A DNA stretch of 32,000 bases from Mesoplasma florum L1 (GCF_000008305.1 NC_006055.1:30001-62000), one strand, 5' to 3'. Counted from the first letter of the stretch, positions 1-10,084 are shown. Program-made: numbers and translations. The notes: a model not told the origin generated them from the letters alone.

Positions 1-27
1 CCATGAAACCTATTTCATGACTATAGG
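1..27 (+). promoter_or_regulatory. Purine-riboswitch-like aptamer, 3' portion only (cut by window edge)
   Basis: P3 hairpin catgaaa/ccta/tttcatg (2-19), then AC (20-21) and the 3' P1 strand tatagg (22-27). The layout matches the complete copies at 1006-1066 and 1977-2037. Confidence 0.6.
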
Positions 28-47
28 TCTTTATAAACACTTTAATT

Positions 48-90
48 AAAGTTTCTTTCAACATCAAAACTTGAAAGAAACTTTTTATTT
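48..90 (+). terminator. Intrinsic terminator / riboswitch expression platform
   Basis: 14-bp stem aaagtttctttcaa (48-61) / ttgaaagaaacttt (71-84), 9-nt loop, then a T-rich tail. It lies between the aptamer and the lipoprotein start. Confidence 0.75.
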
Positions 91-125
91 AGTTGAATTT
101 TTAATAAAAAGAAAGGAAAAACATA

Positions 126-965
126 ATGAAAAAATTAATAGCAATTTTAGGGGCAGTTGGATTAACTGCTACAGGTTCAGCAAGTTTATTAGTTTCTTGC
201 TCAACACCAGTTGAAAAAGATTTTTCTTCTGAAATAGGCAAAATGGTAAAAGATTACATAAAAATTGATCAGGGAACTATATATGAAGATTCAAATGAAA
301 TTTATACAAAATTGAAATCGTTTAATAAAGAAATGGAATCTGAAATTTTAAAATTAAAAAATGTAGATGGAGTTTCAAAGTTTAATGAAAAAGAAGGAAC
401 ATTTTCTGATCCTGATTCAAGCATTAAACCATCAAGCGCAGATGCGGTATGATTTCATTCAGTTTACACATCATCAAGTGTAAGCGAATTCTCAAATAAT
501 AATGATTTTAATAAGTGAACAATTACTATTCAATACAGAACACCAGCAACTAATAAAACAACTGGTGAATTATATTGAGGAAAATATAATAAAACTTACA
601 TAAATGATATTGAATTTTTTAAAGCTAAAAAACCTAATGCGATATTAAAAAACTCAGATGGAACAGAGCAATCAGAAAATTCTTTTACTCTTGTAGATAA
701 TGAAGTAAAGATTAGAGTAGATAAAGGTTATAATAGAGAAAACATAATTCTTAATGGAAATGAAAAAATTACGGATATAAATATTTCACTTGATACTCAA
801 TTATTTGAAGAACCTGAAATAAAATTAGGCAATGATAAATTCCCAACATATTTTGATTTAACACTTAAATTAAAACAGGGACAAACATTATCAGTAGACC
901 AAAAAATATTTATTAAATTACCATCATTTCAAGATATTAAACTAATAATTAAAGCACAAAATTAA
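126..965 (+). CDS. Lipoprotein of unknown function (279 aa)
   Basis: Signal peptide plus lipobox MKKLIAILGAVGLTATGSASLLVSC. RBS aaagga upstream. The track ORF 126-452 continues in frame through TGA codons to TAA at 963-965, and I found no in-frame TAA/TAG. Confidence 0.8.
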
Positions 966-971
966 TAACAG

Positions 972-980
972 TGATATAAT
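972..980 (+). promoter_or_regulatory. Candidate extended -10 promoter element (TGaTATAAT)
   Basis: tgatataat lies about 25 nt upstream of the P1 of the second aptamer. AT-rich sequence makes such matches common. Confidence 0.35.
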
Positions 981-1005
981 TTTGTTAACAACTTAATATG
1001 AAAAA

Positions 1006-1066
1006 CTTATACAGGGTAGCATATTGGGCTACTGTTCCGCCTCAAGACCAATCTTGAGACTATAAG
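1006..1066 (+). promoter_or_regulatory. Purine-riboswitch-fold aptamer (guanine/2'-deoxyguanosine-like variant)
   Basis: Three-way junction. P1 cttata (1006-1011) / tataag (1061-1066). P2 gtagc-atattgg-gctac. J2/3 tgttccgc. P3 ctcaaga-ccaa-tcttgag. J3/1 is AC, with the C at the position equivalent to the specificity residue C74. The L2 GG and L3 CC needed for loop-loop pairing are present. Confidence 0.8.
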
Positions 1067-1069
1067 TGT

Positions 1070-1105
1070 AAAGGTTTTTTGGTTATCAAAAAACCTTTTT
1101 TATTA
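1070..1105 (+). terminator. Intrinsic terminator / riboswitch expression platform
   Basis: Stem aaaggtttttt (1070-1080) / aaaaaaccttt (1088-1098), loop ggttatc, followed by ttttatt. It sits directly 3' of the aptamer. Confidence 0.8.
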
Positions 1106-1148
1106 TCTAAAGTTTTTCTTTAGGTTGTATTCAAAATTAGGGGGAAAT

Positions 1149-1826
1149 ATGAAAAAATTATTAGCAATTTTAGGAGCAGTTGGATTATCAGTAACAGGAG
1201 CTTCAATAGTAGTTTCTTGTGGTGGTAATGGTAATACTGATATTACAGATCCTGAAACAGGCTTAGTTGCATTATCAAAAATAAAAAATTTAACTTTAGA
1301 TTTAGGGGAAATTGGAGAAAACAGTTCGCTGAATATATCTAAAGCTTTTTTTGAAAAAAATGAATCTGTATTAAAAAAAGCTGTTGGAGATACATTAACT
1401 GCAAATATGTTTTATGTTTCAAAAATAACTTCAACTTCAGCAACAATTACAGGTAAAAATACTAACCAGGAATTATTAAGTCCATCTGCAGATTTTGCAG
1501 TAACAGTTAGTTTTACATCAGAAAGCGATGGAAGAATAGACTTAGCAAAATTAGAAGGTCTAGTTACAAGTAATTTAATTGTTAATAAAACAAAGTATCA
1601 AGGAACAGGAAATTATGACAAATCAAATGCTATTGCAGATGCATTAATAGAAGCAAATAAAGAACTACTAAAAGAAACAGTAGCAAAAGATTTTTATTTA
1701 TTAAAGTCTGATCTTGTTGAACCGTCAGACGGCAAACCTGGTGTAGCAAAATTAGAAGGTAGCACATCAAGTTTAAAAGTAAAAAGTGGTTCACCAGTAG
1801 AAATAACATTTACACTAAGCGAATAA
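1149..1826 (+). CDS. Lipoprotein of unknown function (225 aa), two similar internal half-domains
   Basis: ATG at 1149 is preceded by the RBS aggggga. Lipobox MKKLLAILGAVGLSVTGASIVVSC. The track start at 1125 (TTG) is an unlikely extension. The signal-peptide DNA closely resembles that of the 126-965 gene. Confidence 0.8.
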   Translation: MKKLLAILGAVGLSVTGASIVVSCGGNGNTDITDPETGLVALSKIKNLTLDLGEIGENSSLNISKAFFEKNESVLKKAVGDTLTANMFYVSKITSTSATITGKNTNQELLSPSADFAVTVSFTSESDGRIDLAKLEGLVTSNLIVNKTKYQGTGNYDKSNAIADALIEANKELLKETVAKDFYLLKSDLVEPSDGKPGVAKLEGSTSSLKVKSGSPVEITFTLSE

Positions 1827-1832
1827 AACAAA

Positions 1833-1857
1833 AAATAGACATTGGTCTATTTTCTTT
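1833..1857 (+). terminator. Intrinsic terminator
   Basis: Hairpin atagac/attg/gtctat (1835-1850) followed by tttcttt. Confidence 0.6.
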
Positions 1858-1976
1858 GTGACTCTTATTTAATTTGTATATATAATAATATCACAAAAAT
1901 TAACACTTAACATTGTATTTAGTTTTTATAAAAAATAAATAATATATTATAATATCTTTAACTTAATAAAAATTAA

Positions 1977-2037
1977 CTTATACATGATAACATATCGGGT
2001 TGTCGACCTGCCTTAAGACCGATCTTAAGACTATAAG
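1977..2037 (+). promoter_or_regulatory. Purine-riboswitch-fold aptamer (variant, junction differs from the copy at 1006)
   Basis: P1 cttata (1977-1982) / tataag (2032-2037). P2 ataac-atatcgg-gttgt. J2/3 cgacctgc. P3 cttaaga-ccga-tcttaag. J3/1 is AC. Confidence 0.75.
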
Positions 2038-2070
2038 AAAATAAATATTATAAAACATTAAGTTGCTTCT

Positions 2071-2091
2071 TTTATTAAGTAATAAGTTTTT
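2071..2091 (+). terminator. Weak candidate terminator / expression platform
   Basis: 6-bp AT-rich hairpin tttatt/aagt/aataag followed by ttttt. It lies between the aptamer and the ATG at 2116. Stability is marginal. Confidence 0.35.
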
Positions 2092-2115
2092 AAAAAATAG
2101 GGGGAATATTTTTAA

Positions 2116-4194
2116 ATGAAAAAATTATTATTAACTTTATCTTCTGTAACACTTGTTGGTACAGCAGGTATGAGCGTTATCTCATGTGGGGTAAAACCAG
2201 AAAAATCTGTTATATTTATGCTTCCAGGTGAAGCTGTGGGAGTAGGATCAACAGATAAAATTGATGCTTATAATGATTTAGTTGATGAATTCAATGAATT
2301 ACATAAAAATGATTCAGGATTTGCGCCAATTAAAGTAAAGTGATCAAAATCAGGAACAATCAATGATTCAATCTTAACAGGTGATAATTTACCTGATTTA
2401 TATATAAGTTATGCAGATGCAGTTTCATTGTATGCAAATACAAAAGTATCTAATCAAGTGAGAGACATGGAAGCTTCATTAGGTGAAGCAGGATTTGCAA
2501 ACTTAAAAAATGACATAATAGATGATGCTTTTTTACAAGAAGGACAATATAAAGAACAGGGAAGTGACAAAGCAACTCAAGTTGTTTTACCATTTGGTAA
2601 ATCAGTTGAAATGTCAGTTATTAACGTAAACTTTTTCTTAGAATTTATTTCAAAAATTAGTATTACAGATTTTGATGGAGCATCAATTTCGCCTAAAGTT
2701 AAAACTGAGTTTGAAAAATTTAATGTTAATGAAAGAAAAAATTTAACTAATGAAACAGGTGCAATGTCTAAAACAACAATTTTTAGTGATAAAACTCCTA
2801 AGTTAAATGAACAATGATTCACAGAACATGGTTTAAATGATGCTTTAACAACACTACAAACTGCTTTAGCACCATTAACAAGCGTTGGATCTAGTTCATA
2901 CACAGGAGAATCTGTAGATGATCTAATTAGAACTATTTTTGCTAAAAATGATAATATAATAGCTTTAGCACAAGTTTACAACGAGATATTTAATGTTGAA
3001 AGTAATATTGAAGTTAAATATGCAAGTAAAGACGGAAGCGTTGTTGTAGATCCTTCAAATGGAAAACATTTTTCATTTGGAATTGATTCTTTAGCAAATA
3101 AATATTTTATGGACCATGCGGCTAGAACTAATAGCGGTTTAATTGATATTACTAATGAAGATAATGGTTTTTTCTACAGTGCAAATTATGATAAAGCAAC
3201 TAGAGTAGCAAACGTTAACTTTAATAAGAATTCTGTAGGATTTAATGATACATCAGAATTCTTGCAAGCTTTTAAAGATATTGCTGTTAAAAACAATAAA
3301 AGTGGTGGTTCATACGCTGAACAATGAAATAACACATTAAATTTAAGTAGACAAGAAGGTACAACAAAATACTATACAAGTGATAGCTTTTTAAATGGTT
3401 CTTCATTTATGTCAAGTGGTTCATCAGCAGGGGCTTACAATTTTACCAAAACAAAATATGTAAATAATACAGGGTATAATCCTGTTACAAATGCTGATGT
3501 AATAACAACTTCAACTTCAACTAAAGAAGGGAAAAATTCAGTTTTCATGTCTCAAGGTCCAGGAATAGCAGGATTCAAATCAAATGGTTCAAATGCAGCT
3601 GAGAAAGAGAAAACAGTTACAGAATTCTTAAATTATATTATGCAACCAAAACAAGCAGCAGATTTTGCGCTTAAATCAAATTATATGCCTGCAACAAAAT
3701 CTGGTATGTCTATATACCAAAACTATGTAAATGGTAATTACAATAATACAAAAGCAAATAATCAATCAAATGCAATAGTAAATCCAGAAGCATTACAAAA
3801 TGTTGTTGCAGAACTTAACACAAAAGAAGGAACAACAAAATATACAGTAGATAATACTTTTACTGCGATTTATTCAACAAGTAAAGGTTCATTAAGTTCA
3901 CAAGCATCTCCAAATGCAGTTAACTCAGGATTTATTGAAAAATATTTAGTTGGAAATTCAGAAAGAATATTAGTTGCTTCTACACCTACACCTATTGGTA
4001 CAACAGTTCGTGATTCAATTGCAACAGCTATTACTGGTAGTGGAACAATTACAGATTTAAGTAAAGCACCGGGAATTAAATTTGTTGAAATATTAGATGC
4101 ATCAAATACAGTTTATACATTACAAAATTATGTAATGAAAAAAAATAACACAGATATGTTTAGCAAAATTAATTTAACTCACAATGCAAAATAA
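2116..4194 (+). CDS. ABC transporter solute-binding lipoprotein, family-1 (sugar/CUT1-like), 692 aa
   Basis: Lipobox MKKLLLTLSSVTLVGTAGMSVISC. Four track ORFs (2116, 2428, 3109, 3409) share one frame and join through TGA, and I checked the gaps for TAA/TAG. It is the first gene of an ABC operon. It is much longer than typical ~420-aa binding proteins. Confidence 0.75.
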
Positions 4195-4225
4195 AAGTAA
4201 ATTTAAATAGAAAGTTTTTAAAAAC

Positions 4226-6583
4226 ATGAGTATTAAACTAAAAAATATAACAATTGACTATGGAAATTTCTTGGCGGTAAATGACCTAAGTGTAAATATT
4301 AATAAAGGGGAACTAGTTTCTCTTTTAGGACCTTCTGGTTGTGGAAAAACAACCGCATTAAATGCTATCGCAGGATTAATAAATACAACATCAGGACAAA
4401 TTCTTTTTGATGGTGTTGATGTTACACACAAAACACCTCAGCAAAGAAATATAGGACTAGTTTTTCAAAGTTACGCATTATATTCACATATGAGTGTTTT
4501 TAAGAATATTGCATATCCTTTATATCACTCAAAAGATTTTAAAAAAGAATTAGCAAGAGACAATTTTAAATATAAAAATAGATTAAAAGATCTAAAACAA
4601 ACAAAATCATACGAATTAATAATTAAACAACAAAATGATTTTTTAAATGATCTTAAAAGCTTTTTAAAATTAACAAATAATAATATTAAATTGTTAGAAA
4701 CAGAGTTTTTAAAAAAACATAAAGATTCAATTATTTCATATACTGATCAACTTTTCATAAATTATGAAAATTCAGAAGTATTAAAAAATCATTTAGTTAG
4801 CTACTTATATGACAAACTAAAAATTAAATTTAATGAAATTGAATCTGTTATAGAGTCAACAATTTTAAAAAAATATAAATTGTTATTAACTCATAAATTA
4901 GACGTTAGATTTCAAGGAACAATTGGTTATTACAGTTGATTAAATGAAAAAAATGTAAAAGATAATAAAAAACACTTGGCAGAACTTATCAAAACTAGCA
5001 AAATTTCAAAAAAACAAATTAGAAAAGAACAAAAAAAAGTTAGTGCTGAATTAGATATTTTTACTGCTTCTTCAACAGAAAATGGGTATGATAATTATAT
5101 TAATTCTAAAAACTTAATTACAAATTCTTTTATTGAGAATGAAGTAGCAGAACTTGAAAAAGAAATAAATGATTATTTTGATAAAGTTTTATTAAAAACA
5201 AAAGAACCAATTATAAAAAACAATAAAATTGAAAATTCTATTTCAAATATTTCAAAAAAAATTAATGCATTTAAAGTAAGTTATTTAAGTAAACATGAAA
5301 AATTAATTGTTAAATATATAAAAAGTATTTCAAACAAATTTCCTAATGAAATAGAAATAAAAGATAATTTAATTAATTACTTGTTTAATATATCAAAAAT
5401 AGAATTTAATTCTGTTCAAGAAAAGTTAAATGAGTTGATTTTTGAAAATATGCAAAGTTTTGTAAATTCTTGTGATAAAGATGAGTTTACTCAGTTAATA
5501 AATTATTATCCTTTAAATGTGAATGCATATTTAGAAGTTAGTGAATCAAGTAATGAACTTTTAAAAATTAATAATGAATTACAAAAGAATACTGATTTTG
5601 ATACATTAAATGATAATGAACATTATAAAAATTATCTTACTGAAAAAGAACAATTAACAGAATCATTGCTTTCAGAATTTGTTGTAAAATTGGAAAACTT
5701 TATTTCTGAAACTTTTGATAAATTACCAATTTTAGTTAATAATGAATTATCAAAAAATTCAATAAAAATTGATATTTCGGAATTAGAATCAGAAATTAGA
5801 AAAAATATTTTTTCAAAAAAACGTAAAATAAGATCATTAGTTTTAGAAGCTGCAAAACAAGTTGAAATTGAAACACAATTAAATAAAAAACCAAGTGAAT
5901 TATCTGGTGGACAACAACAAAGGGTTGCTATCGCAAGGGCTGTTGTAAAAAAACCAAGTATTTTACTTATGGACGAACCATTATCAAATCTTGATGCAAA
6001 ATTACGTTTAACAACTAGAGAATGAATTAAAAAATTTCAACAAAAAGTTGGAATAACAACTGTTTTTGTTACTCACGATCAAGAAGAAGCAATGAGTATT
6101 TCTGACTCAATTTTTGTTATGAATAAAGGGGTTTTACAACAAGGCGGAACTCCATTAGAAATTTATAATAAACCAAAAAATAAATTTGTAGCAAACTTTA
6201 TAGGAACACCTAATATTAATTTCATTGATGTTAAAGTCAAAAAATCTATTTTTGAATTGCCTTCAGGCGAGGAAATGACTATTAAAAATTTAAAAATTGA
6301 AAAAGAAAATTGAACTTTAGGAATTAGACCTGAAAGAATAAGTATTTCAGGAACTAAAGGTAAAATTTTCATTGGAGAAGGTGAAGTTTCTCTTGTCGAA
6401 CAATTAGGAAAACAAAATCATATTAAAGTTCGCTTAAATAAAGAATTGGAAATTACTTTAATATTAGAGCCACATGAATGAAATAATTTAAAAAATTCTT
6501 CAGTGTTAAAGCTTTATGCTAGAAAAGAAGACTTATACTTATTTGATACAAATACAAATTTAGTAGAGGTAAAATATGCGTAA
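4226..6583 (+). CDS. ABC transporter ATP-binding protein, MalK/UgpC-like, with a ~430-aa insertion (785 aa)
   Basis: Walker [11 protein letters not shown]-loop VFQSYALY, signature [14 protein letters not shown], Walker [14 protein letters not shown]-loop VTHD, and a C-terminal regulatory-type domain (FIGTPNINF...). Track ORFs 4226, 4976 and 6092 are in one frame, ending at TAA 6581-6583. Confidence 0.9.
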
Positions 6584-7565
6584 AAATAAGAAAGATGAAG
6601 GTTTTGTTTTAATTGATGATAGAGTTATAAATCCTAAAGGTAAAAAAGCAAAATCTAAAAATATGGAAAAAGGAAGATTTGACCTAATAAACCAATTAAT
6701 TTGGGTTTTACCAGGTTTATTCTTTGTATGTATATTTTCATACTTTTCAATTTTTATTGTTTTTAAATATGGATTAAGTGCGAATGGTGCAAATGGTGTT
6801 TTTATATTAAGCATTAAAAATATAGGTAATTTATTTACTGAGCCTACGCATGAATTTCCAATAGCGTTAAGAAATACTTTAATTTATGTTTTAGTTTCAG
6901 TGCCAATTTCATTGCTGATTGCACTTTGAACTGCCAAAGCATTAAGTAACGTTTTAAGTAAAAGAGCTTTTGCTTTTTTCCAATCAGCTTTCTTTTTACC
7001 ATATGTAACATCAGCACTTGCTGTTGCTATGGCTTTCTCAATATTATTTTCAACAAGTGATACATCTCTTTTAACACAATTATTAGCTAAATTAGGTTTA
7101 TCAAGGGTTGATTGAAAAGAACCTAAAAATGCTATGATAATGTTAATCATTTATGGTGTTTGAAAAATGTTACCTTTTAAAATTATTATGTTTACAGCAG
7201 CATTTTTAAGAGTTGATAAGCGATTATATCAAGCAGCATCTATAGACGGTGTACCAAGATGACAACAATTTTGAAAAATTTCTGTTCCTCAAATTATGCC
7301 AGTTATTATTTATATGATTACAACTGGTATTATTGGTTCATTTAAATTTATGCCTTTTGGTTTATTTGCTAACTATGAGGAAGCGGTTAAATCACAAGCT
7401 CAAACAGCAGTGTTCTTTATCTTTTCAAGAATTAACTCTGGTTCAGGAGGATTACCATCATATAGTACTGGTGGAGCAGCTTCTATAGTATTAATGGTTA
7501 TTATTTTAATTATGACGTTAGCTAATAGACAATTAAGTAAGTACTTAAACAAAAAATATAGATAG
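6576..7565 (+). CDS. ABC transporter permease (MalF/UgpA-like), 329 aa
   Basis: The ATG overlaps the ATPase stop by 8 nt. Multiple hydrophobic segments. EAA-type loop ASIDGVPRWQQFWKISVPQIMP. ORFs 6576 and 7296 join in frame through TGA. Confidence 0.85.
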
Positions 7566-7573
7566 GATTCAGC

Positions 7574-8899
7574 ATGGAAAAAATAAATAACGAGTGAAGT
7601 AAAAAAACTAAAACTGAAGATTGAATTCACAAAAATTCATTTAAAAAGATTTCTGTTAAAGATAAATCTTTTAATCAATCTGAATCTAATGTTGATTCCA
7701 TTATTTATGTTGAAAAAACAACAAAAGTTGTTAGTTCTGAAAAAGATAAACATGAAATAGTTGTAAATAAATTAACAAGAAAAGAAAAATATGAAAATGA
7801 TTTAAAATTTCAAGAAGAACAAATAACTTTAAGAGAATCTAAAATTGTTGTTGAAGCTAACTTTTTTAAGAGAATATGATTAAAGTTTTGTTTATCATTA
7901 TTTTTATTTTGAAATAAAAAACATTTTAAAATTAAGCACGCATTTTATATAAGATCAGTAAATAAAAGAAAAGATAAAACAATTAAAATGGCTGGTGATG
8001 TTTGATATAGAAGAATAGGGTCAAATTTATCAAACTATACAGTTTTAATTATTATGCTTATCGCCATGATATTTCCTTTTTATTGAATGTTAATAACATC
8101 TTTTAAGCCTTATTCAGAAGTTGACACAGGAGTAATGGAATCTCTTTGACCAAAACATTGAACATTACAAGCATATAAAGATATGTTTACATTTGTTAAT
8201 AATTCTGGTGGTAGAGAATCAATTCCATTTTCAAGATTTTTCTTTAACTCATTGTTCATTGCGTTAGTTTCAACTTTAGTGCAATTATCAGTGTCAGTTA
8301 TTGGTGGATTTGCAATTTATAACTGAAGAACAAAATTTAATTCATTATTTATGATTATTATGTTTTCAATTATGATGGTTCCAGGTGAGGCTATGTTGCT
8401 TGGTAGATATTGAATTGCAGTTCAAATGCAATGAAGAGATACTTTATTTGCCTTAATTGTTCCATTTATCGGTAACGTATTTACCATATACTTAATGAGT
8501 AATGCTTTTTACGGATTAAATAGAGATTTAAAAAGAGCAGCTAAAGTAGATGGATTATCAAGTTTTCAATACTTTATGAAAATAGCTTTACCTGCAGTTA
8601 GTGCAACTATATTAACATCATTTATTATTTCATTTATTGAATCATGAAACTCTGTTTTATGACCAATAACAGTTATTGATAATCAATCTGGACAATGAAG
8701 AACAATTCCAATGCTTTTATATTCACTAATGAATGTTAGTGGTATGACATCAGAAGAATTCCCAATTGCTGATCCTATTAATGTAAAAATGGCTGCCTCA
8801 ATTTTAGCTATTTTACCAATGATTATTGTATTTATTGTTTTCAATAAATGAATTATTAATGGTTTAACAAAAAGAAGCGTTGGAGGAACTAAGGGATAA
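7574..8899 (+). CDS. ABC transporter permease (MalG/UgpE-like) with a ~140-aa N-terminal extension, 441 aa
   Basis: Absent from the track because it has 15 in-frame TGA codons by my count. Hand translation gives no TAA/TAG. EAA loop RAAKVDGLSSFQYFMKIALPAVS. Ends at TAA 8897-8899. Confidence 0.85.
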
Positions 8900-10035
8900 T
8901 GAGAAAAAAAATAAACTTGCTATTTTTAAGCATGATACTTACTTTAATAGCTTTTTTGTCTATTTTAACAGTTTCTTGTGGAACTAAAATAAAAGAAATT
9001 ACCGGCAATGTTTCATTTTATGTATTATCAATTGGAAGTGGAAATTTTACTTTTTTAGAAAAAGATGGTCATGCAGTTGTAATGGATTCTGGGGTTGGTA
9101 TTGGTGAAAATAACAATGGAGATTCAATTGATTCAATATCATCAGAAACATTTGCTTTAAATAACGGAAGTTGAGTAACTGCAAATCCAAGGGATGGTAA
9201 AGCAATTACAGATTTTATGAAGAATACAGCTGGAGTTCAAGTTATTGATGCTATATTTATTTCGCACAAACATTCAGATCATTATAGTGCTTTAAAATAT
9301 CTTGTTCAGGAATTTGAAGTAGGAACTGTTATTGCTCCTACAGATAGTGCAGGTTTAGAAAAAGCAATCAGAGGTTACCAACCAAAAGGTCAAATGCCAG
9401 TAGTTGATACAAATTTTTCGAAGACTTATGAATTTTTAGGTGGAACATTTGAAAATTTAACAGCATATTCTTCAAAAAATGTTGTTAAAAGTTTATACAC
9501 AACAGATGATCCAAATGCCAATAGTATGGTTTTAAGATTTAAGGTAAATGGTAAAACATTTTTATTACCTGGAGATATGGAAAATACTTCAAAAGTTATG
9601 AGCGACAAAAAATTTTTAAAAGCAGTTTCATCACAACCTGTGGACTTTTATTTACTTGCTCATCATGGGTCAACAAATGGGGCCACTGAATTAACACCAT
9701 TAATTGGTAATAAAGAACGCTCTCCAGAACATATAATAATATCTGGTACAGATAATATTGATGGTTTTGAAAATTGATCAGGACAAAGAAATGCAGTGAG
9801 CAATTCAAAAACTCCTGTTGGTGAAGTTTTAAAAACATATGGTATGAAAAAAGAACCTTATGTATACATAACAGGCTCAGTTTTAACTGAAACTTTAAAT
9901 GATTTTCCTGACATAGTTGATAAAGATAATGTAAAATCAACGTTTGAATATAAATTCTCTGATAACAAATGAAATTTTATAGTTCATGATGAAAATATTT
10001 CAAATGGGTTTAATCAACAGTTAATTACTAAATAA
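8899..10035 (+). CDS. Surface lipoprotein with ComEC/Rec2-type metallo-beta-lactamase-fold hydrolase domain, 378 aa
   Basis: TAATG overlap with the upstream permease. Lipobox LSILTVSCGT. MBL motifs VVMDSGVG, HKHSDH (HxHxDH), LLPGDME and LLAHHGS. ORFs 8899 and 9217 join in frame, ending at TAA 10033-10035. Confidence 0.8.
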
Positions 10036-10039
10036 ATAA

Positions 10040-10084
10040 TTAAAAAGTTTTGTTCATGTTTGAATAAAACTTTTTAATTTGTTT
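10040..10084 (+). terminator. Intrinsic terminator closing the ABC operon
   Basis: 12-bp stem ttaaaaagtttt (10040-10051) / aaaactttttaa (10067-10078), followed by tttgtttt. Confidence 0.7.

Noticed and set aside
982-991. 10-bp palindrome ttgttaacaa after the first lipoprotein gene, considered as a terminator
   Set aside because: It is perfectly self-complementary with no loop and no T-run, so it cannot form a productive terminator hairpin. It is probably fortuitous in AT-rich DNA.
1125-1148. TTG start extending the second lipoprotein by 8 codons (MYSKLGGN)
   Set aside because: The strong RBS aggggga lies inside this extension, correctly spaced for ATG 1149. That start gives a canonical MKKLL lipoprotein signal peptide.
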